From Candidatus Heimdallarchaeota archaeon (GTDB taxonomy: Archaea; Asgardarchaeota; Heimdallarchaeia; Hodarchaeales; Hodarchaeaceae): DNA of 64,000 nucleotides. The stretch lies in NCBI GenBank assembly GCA_011364965.1, contig RDOB01000008.1, positions 55,468 to 119,467 of the forward strand. The letters run 5' to 3'. The position numbers and the translations under genes are program-made. Below the pieces are notes generated by a model that saw nothing but the letters and a program-made list of their open reading frames with translations, did not search any database and was not told the origin of the DNA. Numbering within the stretch: the stretch's first letter is position 1; each line of letters opens with the position of its first letter. Positions 7,800 to 16,994 of the stretch are shown piece after piece.

Positions 7800-9497
7800 T
7801 TAGACTCTCCTGACCTTTTTCTGGCCAAATGTGGTTCGTAAAACTAGAATAACTAGACTTGTACACACTATTAAAGCAATTATTGCTAATGAAGCATTAA
7901 AAAATTGATGCTCGTTGATTAAATTTACAATGAATACTGGAGCTGTTTCAAATCCAGTAGCAACTGCCAAAGTTGCTCCCGTTTCTCCAACAGAACGAGT
8001 AAAGGACATAATAATCCCAGCAATAATTGAAAATTTTATGATAGGAAGTGTTATTAGATAAAATATCTGAAAATTTCGGGCTCCTAATGTTCTAGCAGTC
8101 TCTTCATAATATAAATCTAAATCCTCAAGCCCACCAATGACATTTCTGACAATGAATGGAAAAGTCATTGCTGAATGTGCCATGATTACGAAAAATAATT
8201 GATTACTTATCAATTGTTGAGCATTCCAAAATAATCCTACAGAAAATCCCAATGCTGATGAAGGAACTACATAGGGAATATCAACTAGTACATTGAAAAA
8301 ATTACTGATTCTATTCTTCTTTCGTGAAATAAAAATTCCCAGTGGTACTCCTAATAAAACATTAATGGTTGTTGCAACAATAGAGACTATCAAGGAATTT
8401 GCAATACTTCCAAAAAATCGAAACCAGTCGACTTGAAGTGAGGAACTTGTAAAACCGATTGGAATATACAGAATTAAAAAGAAAGACGGTATTAAAACAA
8501 ATAAACCTAAAAATACAATTGCCAAGGTGTTTCTCGTTGTTATTGATCTCTTTTCACTTAATTTCCTCTCTGTTTCATACCAGACTTTTTTAATTGGTAT
8601 TTTCACTCTTTTTGCGATTAATCTAGATGTTGACATTAATATTAGAGCAATAAAGATCATTGCAACACATAAAAAAGCAAGAGGGGGAATCAAATCGAGA
8701 TTGACTCGTGCTGGAATATCTATTTCATGTTTCCATGTTCCAATCAAAACGGTTCCAGTCCATACAGAAATTTGCGTTGCAGAAAGTACAGACATCACAC
8801 CTCCCGTATCACTCAAGCTTTTGGCTAAGCTCAGTATAAGCGAAGTTGCTACCCCTGAACGGAATAGAGGAAATGTAATGGTTCGAGCTGCAGTAAAGGA
8901 AGAAGCACCACAGGTTCTTCCAGCGATTTCTAAATAAACATCGATTTCTTCTAGGATAGCTGCTAGGGATCTGACCACATAAGGAAAAGTTGTGGTAAAA
9001 TGAAATAATACAAGAATTGGCAAAGCAGATGTGATTATCCTCAAGGAAAAGGGAGGAGATGAAATACCTGGAACAACTCCCCAAAATAAGGCAACGGATA
9101 ACCCTAATCCAGCGGTTGGAACAGCTAGAGGTAGTTCTATAAGTATATTCAAGATAGTCTTTATTCTTCCTGAAAGCATTCCTCTAACTAGTAGCCAAGC
9201 CAAAGGAATACCAAAGATCAAATCAACAATTGAGACAATGACTGCAACACTAACAGAATAAAATAATGCTTCTTGTATCATATTAAATGCTTCAGGTTGT
9301 GTCTGAAAGTAGGCAATCACGACCTCTGATTGCCCAAAGAGATAAAAAATAACATAAACTGTTGGTGTTAATATTAAAAAGAGAAAAAAAGCTAATACAA
9401 AGAAGTAAAAAATCTTTGAAAGAAGACGACTACTACTAAAGGCAGAGAAATAATCTAAGAAAAGTGAAGCGTTAATTTTTCTCTGTTTGAAAGTCAT
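7800..9497 (-). CDS. ABC importer permease, fused two-domain (FbpB/ThiP/CysTW-like)
   Basis: About 12 TM segments and two EAA-like loops (LEIAGRTCGAS, YEETARTLGA), LPLAVP, FTRSVGETGA. Confidence 0.9.
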   Translation of the reverse strand: MTFKQRKINASLFLDYFSAFSSSRLLSKIFYFFVLAFFLFLILTPTVYVIFYLFGQSEVVIAYFQTQPEAFNMIQEALFYSVSVAVIVSIVDLIFGIPLAWLLVRGMLSGRIKTILNILIELPLAVPTAGLGLSVALFWGVVPGISSPPFSLRIITSALPILVLFHFTTTFPYVVRSLAAILEEIDVYLEIAGRTCGASSFTAARTITFPLFRSGVATSLILSLAKSLSDTGGVMSVLSATQISVWTGTVLIGTWKHEIDIPARVNLDLIPPLAFLCVAMIFIALILMSTSRLIAKRVKIPIKKVWYETERKLSEKRSITTRNTLAIVFLGLFVLIPSFFLILYIPIGFTSSSLQVDWFRFFGSIANSLIVSIVATTINVLLGVPLGIFISRKKNRISNFFNVLVDIPYVVPSSALGFSVGLFWNAQQLISNQLFFVIMAHSAMTFPFIVRNVIGGLEDLDLYYEETARTLGARNFQIFYLITLPIIKFSIIAGIIMSFTRSVGETGATLAVATGFETAPVFIVNLINEHQFFNASLAIIALIVCTSLVILVLRTTFGQKKVRRV

Positions 9498-9516
9498 ACG
9501 CGAACGTCCTATTCTT

Positions 9517-10269
9517 TCATTTAACTGGAGCGGCCATTACGATTGAATATAGGTAATCCGATGCTTTACTACATGCATCTGAAGCATTTTCTAAGGCTTT
9601 AGCAGAGTCCAGAGACAAAAATAACACCGAGTTGGGTAATTTATCACTTAATCGAAGAACAGCTTCTTTCGCTAAATAATAGACATCATCACCTTGCCGT
9701 TCTAATTTCTCAATTTTGTTCCGTTTTACGAGAATTTTTTGGTCATTTACTCCCAATAGATTAAGAGTTTCAATAAATAATATAACTGAATCCCTTGTTA
9801 TCTCAGACAACTGTATAAGATATTCAATCAATGGATCAGGATAGTTTAGTTTTAAATTAAGCATAAGATTTGCATTTTTAGATGCAGTTTTAACCCAATT
9901 TGCTGCTTCATCGATTCTACGAATCATTCGAAACAGATCCTCCTGTATATTGGCAGGAAACTCCCCATGGATAATTTCTTTCTCTGCTAATTCATCTTGG
10001 ATTTTATCTGCGGTTTCTTCGTTTAAACTAATTTGAGAGATTATTTGAAGCAACTTTTCATTTGAGGTATGTTTTATTGATTTATATAATGAAATTGATT
10101 CCTCACAAGTTTTTCTAACAGCAGTTGCATGATTTACCAATTTTTCCTTAACTATAAGATTCCTATTTGATTTAAACCATATTAGTAAACTTCTCTCGGT
10201 ACTCATTTGGTTTTGACTCCGGAGTTCAAAAGAATAGGATTTTTTTTGTTTGTAAACCCTTTGGATCAA
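9517..10269 (-). CDS. DUF47 / PhoU-like protein
   Basis: EETADKIQDEL, ERQGDDVY, LENASDAC; paralogue of 4799-5506. Likely start at MSTERS. Confidence 0.85.
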   Translation of the reverse strand: MIQRVYKQKKSYSFELRSQNQMSTERSLLIWFKSNRNLIVKEKLVNHATAVRKTCEESISLYKSIKHTSNEKLLQIISQISLNEETADKIQDELAEKEIIHGEFPANIQEDLFRMIRRIDEAANWVKTASKNANLMLNLKLNYPDPLIEYLIQLSEITRDSVILFIETLNLLGVNDQKILVKRNKIEKLERQGDDVYYLAKEAVLRLSDKLPNSVLFLSLDSAKALENASDACSKASDYLYSIVMAAPVK

Positions 10270-10456
10270 AATCTGTTTTCACGTTTAAATGTTTCGTGGA
10301 TACAGAAGGGACTGTGTTTCTAGTATACAAAAAAACCCTATAAGATAAATAAATTGTTCCCAAATAATTACTGAGTAGCTGGGGGATATTCAATTATAAA
10401 TAAAGCAAAGAATGTTATTTATTACTCTTGAAACTTAAAAAAAAGAAATTTAATGT

Positions 10457-10877
10457 CTAGAATTCTGAATCAATCCATGAAGCGATCTGATTTCTTACTT
10501 TCCGAAATTTAGAACAAATTTTTCCCTTATTAATAGATCTAAGGTTTGGATCAGGAAAATTACGATATATAATTTTACCAGCTGTAGGGAAATAGGGACA
10601 GTTTCTCACGAGCTTTATCACATAGAGTTATTACTCTGTCAAATTTATCATTAAAGTATAATTCAATTGATTTAGATGATTGATTAGATATATCAATCCC
10701 AATTTCTCTCATCACTTCAATTGTATAAGAGCTTACAACAGTAGGAGAATTTCCTGGATTAAAAATCTCATACCGATCCCCCAATTTAAACCGTAGAAAT
10801 CCTTCAGATATTTGACTTCGAGCTGAATTACGTGTACAAATAAAAAGGATTTTTTCTTTTTGCAGTTTATCGGTCAA
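10457..10877 (-). pseudogene. arsC: Frameshifted arsenate reductase / LMW-PTP family gene
   Basis: ILFICTRNSARSQ P-loop; after a +1 shift at about 10602 the frame continues CPYFPTAGKIIYRNFPDP...FRKVRNQIASWIDSEF* to TAG at 10457. Confidence 0.85.
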
Positions 10878-10933
10878 AATAATACCCTTGTTTTTGTATC
10901 GAATAAAGACTATACGTTTAATACCACAAAGGG

Positions 10934-11509
10934 CTAAAATGGGATTAAAAGTTTTTCTTCATCAATTAAACCAAAAGCTTTTAGATAAAGCAGGGTGGCA
11001 ATAGTCTTCCCATCAATAATTGATCCATTGCTTATCATCTCGAAAGCTAAAGAAAGTGGCATCATTTTCACTTCATGAATTTCATCATTTGGATTATAAT
11101 GATGTTCAATCTTCTTTAAATCCTTCGCTATGCATATCCAAAGGATCTCATTTGAATAATGAGGGGAGGGAATAAAATTAAAGAGTAATTCAACAGGAGA
11201 AGTATACCCTGTTTCCTCTTCTAGCTCTCGTCTAGCAGAATCCTCTATTTGTTCATTTATTTCAACTTTTCCAGCAGGAAATTCATAGGTTAACCGTTTA
11301 ATCGCATAACGATATTGTCTTACCAAAATTACAGTCTGAGGATCTATAAAAGGTGCAATTACGCACACTTGGGGAAAATCAACCCATATTCGTTCCTCTT
11401 GTGTCCCGTTTGAGACTAATACATCATCTACTACCACTCCAAAAGATTTTCCTTTGTAGGACATCTTTTCCCGAAGTTTTGTCTCTGGTTCTTCCATCGA
11501 TAAAGCCAC
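10934..11509 (-). CDS. NUDIX hydrolase (ADP-ribose pyrophosphatase-like)
   Basis: LVRQYRY, EFPAGKVE...ARRELEEETGY Nudix box, IIDGKT. Confidence 0.93.
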   Translation of the reverse strand: MALSMEEPETKLREKMSYKGKSFGVVVDDVLVSNGTQEERIWVDFPQVCVIAPFIDPQTVILVRQYRYAIKRLTYEFPAGKVEINEQIEDSARRELEEETGYTSPVELLFNFIPSPHYSNEILWICIAKDLKKIEHHYNPNDEIHEVKMMPLSLAFEMISNGSIIDGKTIATLLYLKAFGLIDEEKLLIPF

Positions 11510-11681
11510 ATTCCTAGCATATAATTGAATTTTCTAATTTTTAATAATTTAAATTAATATATAATATTGATTATCAAATTAATAGCTTTTAAGCATGAAT
11601 ATTATTAATAAATTTCTGTCTTGAGAAGAGAATATTAAAGCAATGAAAAAGGGAGGAGGAAAAGAATCCCTTAAAATTATG

Positions 11682-12989
11682 TTAAAAGTACTCTTTCTTC
11701 TCTGGAACGCTCTTCCAGTTGAAAAGTAAGACTATCCCACCAAGAAGAGCCATTGTGACCCAAAACAAAAAGGTAGATTCTGGTCCTTCCGCTCCAAGAA
11801 GAATACCAGATCCAAAAGTAGTAATAGCAGAGCCTACATAACCCCAACCATCAATAAATCCAGTAGCTGTGGATGCAGCTTTTCTTGTACCAAATTCCAT
11901 CGGAATTGTGGATACTAGTAATACATGGGGACCAAAGGTTAGAAAACCAATTATAATAAGCAGAGGAGCCCCTATTAACCAATCAAGTGGTGGAAGAATC
12001 GAATAAATGAATATTGAACCAGCTAGTGTTAAAAATAGTATACTAATTAATGGCATTCGTCTTCGTTCTAAGTATCGATCAGAAATCCATGTGCATGTAA
12101 TTGCTCCTATGGTTCCTCCTAGTGGAAAAGCAATGGTTTTCCAGAGAGGAAAAAAATCACCTTTAATGACTTCTTGGGCTAATAGATAAGGAAGCCATTC
12201 TGTAATTCCATATCGTACAATATTTAAGCAAAATAGTCCAAAAGAAGCAAATAAAACCGTTCGATTCCGAATTATTGATCCAATAGTATAAGAAAATCCC
12301 AAATAATTGTCTGTCCGGACATTTCCTAAGGTGGTTTTTCCTGCTTCCTCTTCTTCAATTGTAGGTAAACCAACCTCCTCTGGAGCATTTCGAACACGAA
12401 TGTACCAGTGAATTCCCGAGGCAAGCATAATCAAACCTGCGACCCAAAATGAAAATCGCCAATCCAAGCCGAGTGTAACAATCAAAAAGGTTGCTAAAAT
12501 CCAAGATATAGCTCCACCGATTTGATATGAAGTCCCCAGACGTCCTGACCACTTTCCTCGGTCATTGGGAGGGTACCAGTTTGCAACAGTCTTTACGGAG
12601 GGAGCCCAACCCATCGATTGGAAAAAACCATTTAAACCCCATAGAATAAACATCATCCAAACTAATCCATTTGTAAACCCAAATAATAGATTAATTATTG
12701 ATGATACAATTAAACCGATCGCTACAAACCGCTGTGCTCCGAATTTGTCTCCTAGAGCTCCATTGACGAATTGACCAATAGCGTACATTATGAAAAGTGC
12801 TGTTCCTACTAGACCAAAGGTGGCTGGATCGATAGAAAACTCGGCCATTATAAATGGTTTCGCAATTCCGATATTAACTCGCCCTAGATAATATGTCATA
12901 TATGTTACCCATACTGTAATAAAAATCCGCGCCCGCCAGTATCGCCAAGTCTCATTTATATCTGATTTCACTTCACTCATTTTTCTCAT
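11682..12989 (-). CDS. MFS organophosphate:Pi antiporter (GlpT/UhpC family)
   Basis: YYLGRVN, LNGFFQSMGWAP, WYPPNDRG, PEEVGLP, NIVRYG, ATGFIDGWGYVG; 12 TM. Confidence 0.92.
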   Translation of the reverse strand: MRKMSEVKSDINETWRYWRARIFITVWVTYMTYYLGRVNIGIAKPFIMAEFSIDPATFGLVGTALFIMYAIGQFVNGALGDKFGAQRFVAIGLIVSSIINLLFGFTNGLVWMMFILWGLNGFFQSMGWAPSVKTVANWYPPNDRGKWSGRLGTSYQIGGAISWILATFLIVTLGLDWRFSFWVAGLIMLASGIHWYIRVRNAPEEVGLPTIEEEEAGKTTLGNVRTDNYLGFSYTIGSIIRNRTVLFASFGLFCLNIVRYGITEWLPYLLAQEVIKGDFFPLWKTIAFPLGGTIGAITCTWISDRYLERRRMPLISILFLTLAGSIFIYSILPPLDWLIGAPLLIIIGFLTFGPHVLLVSTIPMEFGTRKAASTATGFIDGWGYVGSAITTFGSGILLGAEGPESTFLFWVTMALLGGIVLLFNWKSVPEKKEYF

Positions 12990-13010
12990 CCCATTATGTC
13001 TGAGTCGAAC

Positions 13011-13775
13011 TTAAAGTAAGCCTTTCTTGATCAATTGTTTTGCGTATTCATAATCTTGCATCGTATCTATCTCAACCCATCCCTTTTGAATATCCACAGA
13101 ATGAACAGGGTACCCCCTTGCAATCAATTCTTGAATCATGTCCGTTAAATAAGCATAATCTAAAATTGTGGCATCATGAAAACGTCCTTCGAACTTACAC
13201 CATTTATTATCTCTTACACGATAATAATTTCTTCTGAAAGTTTCCGAACCTTTCTTAGAAAATTTAGCTAATCCAATAAATTCCCCATATGCTACAGCTG
13301 GATTGAAAAATTTGGATAAGCGAGTTACTAGCCCATCCTCAACACATGCAAGCTCTGCCTCATCTGTGGGATGTTCAGTGCGGCCCTTATATCTTTCTTC
13401 CCATTCAGTGTCGATAATTAAGCTGATATCATGTGGTGAATCCAAGAGTTTTTGTATTACTTCTTTTGAATATAAAATATCGCAATAGGAAACCAGAAAT
13501 TCGTCTTGCATGAATTCCTCAGCATAAAAAAGAGAGCTAAGAATATTATTCTTAAGATAGTTATCGTTGTCAAAGTATGTTAAATTTGGTATTGTGAATT
13601 TCTCTTTCTGATAACCTCTTACTACTGCGATCTCATCTATACCACAGCTTCTATAGGCTTCGAGAAGTCTCTGTAATATTGGTTTCCCTTCTATTGGAAC
13701 TAATGTTTTAGGGCTATCATCCGTTAAAGGTCGCATTCGCGAACTAGGTCCTGCTGCTAATATAATTGCCTTCAT
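13011..13775 (-). CDS. Phosphocholine/phosphonate cytidylyltransferase family (LicC-like)
   Basis: MKAIILAAG.SSRM.PLT...PK, NNILSSL, SYCDILY, GEFIGLAKF, WVEIDT. Confidence 0.9.
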   Translation of the reverse strand: MKAIILAAGPSSRMRPLTDDSPKTLVPIEGKPILQRLLEAYRSCGIDEIAVVRGYQKEKFTIPNLTYFDNDNYLKNNILSSLFYAEEFMQDEFLVSYCDILYSKEVIQKLLDSPHDISLIIDTEWEERYKGRTEHPTDEAELACVEDGLVTRLSKFFNPAVAYGEFIGLAKFSKKGSETFRRNYYRVRDNKWCKFEGRFHDATILDYAYLTDMIQELIARGYPVHSVDIQKGWVEIDTMQDYEYAKQLIKKGLL

Positions 13776-13900
13776 TATTGACTTACCACTGTTTTCTATG
13801 TTATTTAGTGCTGAAGAGATTTTTTGTCATATCAGTTTGTAAATATTTTTAAGTATTATATGATTTTCATTAACATATACAGGAAAATAGAAGATATGAT

Positions 13901-14803
13901 ATGGTTTTTATTAAAAAAGTTCATTCGGGTAGTAAAACCTATTATTATCTTGTCCAGAGTATTTCTGATGGACGAGTAAATATATCACAGAATACCATTC
14001 GACGCTTAACGCCTGAAGAAGCCAATGATCCTACTTTTATATCGAAATTTCTTCAGGAAAATCCAAAATATCAGAAAACAGGAATTCAAGCTATCATTCT
14101 AGCTGCAGGTAAATCACAAAGACTATTCCCTTATTCTCAGGATTTACCTAAAGTATTGATTCCAATTGAGAAGAAAACAATCTTGGAGCATTCGATCGAT
14201 AATTTACATTCTAATGGAATTAATGAATTGTTCGTGGTCACTGGATTTCAAGATGAGAAAATAAGAAGAAAAATCAAAAGTAATGTTAAATATATTTTTA
14301 ATCCATTTTTTACTGTTTCAAATATACTCGCCTCGGTTTGGTTTGCTCTTTCGGATATGAAAGGACCCTTATTTATCTTATATGGTGATATTCTTTATAA
14401 TAAACAGATTATAACTGATCTTTTAAAGGATGAACACGACTTCTCCGTGGCTATTACAACTTATCAAGGAAAAATTGGTGCAGAAAAGGTTCTCGTTGAA
14501 AACGAATATATTCTAGAAGCGAATAAAGATATATATCCCAATCTTACATCTTATGAATATGCAGGGATTGCCAAATTTAATACAACTGGAGTTGGGTATT
14601 TAAAAGAAACGTTAGAAGAGATGTCACGAGAAGAGGGGTTTTTAACATATCTATTTACAGATATTCTTGAACGTTTGATTCTAAAAGGCCATAAGATTTT
14701 CACAATTCATATATCCCCTGACGAATGGATTGATATTGATATCCCCAAGGATATTCACCGTGCGAGTAATGAGATTCTACCCAATCTATTGAAACACCGA
14801 TGA
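13901..14803 (+). CDS. LicC-like NTP-transferase with extra N-terminal beta-rich putative DNA-binding domain
   Basis: Residues ~62-300 carry AIILAAGKSQRL, YGDILY and WIDID; residues 1-40 are MVFIKKVHSGSKTYYYLVQS...TIRRL. Confidence 0.85.
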   Translation: MVFIKKVHSGSKTYYYLVQSISDGRVNISQNTIRRLTPEEANDPTFISKFLQENPKYQKTGIQAIILAAGKSQRLFPYSQDLPKVLIPIEKKTILEHSIDNLHSNGINELFVVTGFQDEKIRRKIKSNVKYIFNPFFTVSNILASVWFALSDMKGPLFILYGDILYNKQIITDLLKDEHDFSVAITTYQGKIGAEKVLVENEYILEANKDIYPNLTSYEYAGIAKFNTTGVGYLKETLEEMSREEGFLTYLFTDILERLILKGHKIFTIHISPDEWIDIDIPKDIHRASNEILPNLLKHR

Positions 14804-14815
14804 TTTTGGTAAAAA

Positions 14816-15169
14816 TCAGTGTTTCCTTAATGTTGGCATTTCAGGTAATTCCCTCTTACTCTCTGTATATGATTTCAAAAAATGCAACAAACCAGCATAA
14901 AAGATTGACGTAGCAATAATAAGGAGGGAGAAAACCTGCAAGAAGCTTATTGTGTTTACTTTTCCGAGATATTCATCTGTATAAATTAAAACTTGTTGCT
15001 GAGTAACAACAGTTTCATTTTCAATTGTATCTAATGTTGCTACTCGATATGTAGGCATGGTATATGTCAAGATATTATATACTAAAACGCTAAAACTTGT
15101 TATAATAACCAGAACCATTATGATGGTTAGAATGAATACAAAGACCTTTGTTACGCCTGAATTCGACAT
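14816..15169 (-). CDS. Small 2-TM hypothetical protein
   Basis: Two hydrophobic helices; GGAG upstream of ATG. Confidence 0.7.
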   Translation of the reverse strand: MSNSGVTKVFVFILTIIMVLVIITSFSVLVYNILTYTMPTYRVATLDTIENETVVTQQQVLIYTDEYLGKVNTISFLQVFSLLIIATSIFYAGLLHFLKSYTESKRELPEMPTLRKH

Positions 15170-15427
15170 GATGAGTACGACTCCGTGACAATTATTTGGG
15201 TAAAGGAGATCTAGTGATTTAAATTATTCCGAATTGAGTTCTGAGGAAAAAATCTTCTCCCTAGAATTAAAAGGGATTATTTGGATAAGCATGCTTTGTG
15301 AGAATAGCTTTCTCAATATCGGTTTACAAAATGGCTGAATTTAGGTTATAACCTGTTGAATGTTTTTAATAATGTCCTGTAAGCTTAAAAAGAATCACAA
15401 TTTATCGTAAATTCTTGGTGAATTATT

Positions 15428-15922
15428 GTGTTCAAGCTCCAATCGATTCATGATCAACTTAATTACATGCTAAATTTTGCTACAAAACCTTTAGATAAAG
15501 CTATCCTACTTATTTCAGATAAATCTCTTGACTGGAAGCCAATAGACGAAGCTATGACTGCATCGCAATTAGCATTTCATATTTATGAAGTTTCATTTAT
15601 CTATATGGTTGGAACACTCAAAGGGGTATTTAATAAATCTGATTATGCAATGATTCCATTTGATATTAATTCGATAAAATCTGCAAAGGAAATTGTGGAT
15701 TATGGTAATAAAGTAAAAGCATATATCAGAGAAAATCTTCCCAAACTAACTGAAGAACATTTAACTACTCAAGTAACCTACAATTGCTGGGGTGGAGTGA
15801 AGATCGGAGGATTTGAAAGTCTGAGTACAATCTTGGAGGAAATCATCCATCATAGGGGGCAACTTGCGCTATATTTACGGATGCTTGGAATTAAACCCCC
15901 GTTCATATATGATTTCACTTGA
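15428..15922 (+). CDS. DinB/DUF664 family protein
   Basis: LDWKP, QLAFHI, IHHRGQLALYLRMLGIKPP. Confidence 0.9.
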   Translation: MFKLQSIHDQLNYMLNFATKPLDKAILLISDKSLDWKPIDEAMTASQLAFHIYEVSFIYMVGTLKGVFNKSDYAMIPFDINSIKSAKEIVDYGNKVKAYIRENLPKLTEEHLTTQVTYNCWGGVKIGGFESLSTILEEIIHHRGQLALYLRMLGIKPPFIYDFT

Positions 15923-15966
15923 AATATACAACAAATTCAACCCCCGAAAGCAAGATAGGATTATTT

Positions 15967-16908
15967 ATGGTTTCTTCACACTCTAAACAACAAATTCTCC
16001 AAAGAGTTTTTACTTACTGGGAAGTTCAACAGATTTGGCAGGAAGAACACTCATTTGTGCAAACTGCACAGTTGATAAATACTTTCCTCGATAACGAGTA
16101 TGAGACTATTCCTCCTCAAGAACGTATAGGGAAGGGGAGATTTTTCATATCAAAAATAGCTGCAAATGGATGTATAAACATCCTCAAAGGTTTGAACAGA
16201 ACCAAGAAAGAAAAAATCTATCTGGATACGCTAAGTCTATTAGATTATGGAGAAGTACATGATCTCCCTTCTTTAATTTATTTTGCAATTACTCTAATTG
16301 CTGAATTCACCCAGATTGATCAAAAATTCCATCAGAAAGCTTTAGAGCAAGCAAAAATCTGGGCAGATCATGAAAAGTGGGAGATAAGGGAAAGTGTAGA
16401 GTATATCATCCGACTAGCCCTAGCCTCCAAACGTGAGTATACTTTAACAACACTCAAAGAATGGATTTCTTCATCATCTCCTAACATAAGACGAATTGTA
16501 GTTGAAAGCCTACGTCCATTTGCAAACCTTAAGTGGCTAAGAGATCCCGCTAAAAATGATGAAGTGTTCTCCATCTTGTATCATCTCAGGAAAGATGCCT
16601 CGAGCTATGTTCGTACGTCTGTGGGTAACAATTTAAAGGATTTAAGTAAGTATATGCCTGAAATAGTACTACAGACGTCAAATTCATGGATAAATGAAGC
16701 AAAAATTAATGTCACTCAAGATTTAGCTTCAAAAGGAGTGAAAGAATTAGGGAGAGACAATTATAACCTTATCTGGACAATCAAACATGGTTTGCGTTGG
16801 TTAAAAAGGCACCATCCTGAATATCGCTCTCATATTGGAAGTATTCTTGGAGAAAATTATGTAAATTTTTTTGATGAAAAACGAAACAGACTTGCTAAGC
16901 CAAAATAA
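15967..16908 (+). CDS. HEAT-repeat DNA alkylation repair protein (AlkC/AlkD-like)
   Basis: WEIRE, NIRRIVVESLRP, YVRTSVGNNLKDLSK, IKHGLRWL; ATG at 15967 preferred (ORF track opens at 15919). Confidence 0.8.
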   Translation: MVSSHSKQQILQRVFTYWEVQQIWQEEHSFVQTAQLINTFLDNEYETIPPQERIGKGRFFISKIAANGCINILKGLNRTKKEKIYLDTLSLLDYGEVHDLPSLIYFAITLIAEFTQIDQKFHQKALEQAKIWADHEKWEIRESVEYIIRLALASKREYTLTTLKEWISSSSPNIRRIVVESLRPFANLKWLRDPAKNDEVFSILYHLRKDASSYVRTSVGNNLKDLSKYMPEIVLQTSNSWINEAKINVTQDLASKGVKELGRDNYNLIWTIKHGLRWLKRHHPEYRSHIGSILGENYVNFFDEKRNRLAKPK

Positions 16909-16994
16909 AAGGATCAAAAAAGCGAATAACAAGGAGATGTGGATAGAAATAACTGGAATAAGAATTAAAATTGCAATAGGTTTTTCAAAAGAAG

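Noticed and set aside
13901-14020. Possible IS1634 transposase
   Set aside because: Only the short N-terminal motif is present; no DDE domain, terminal inverted repeats or target duplication
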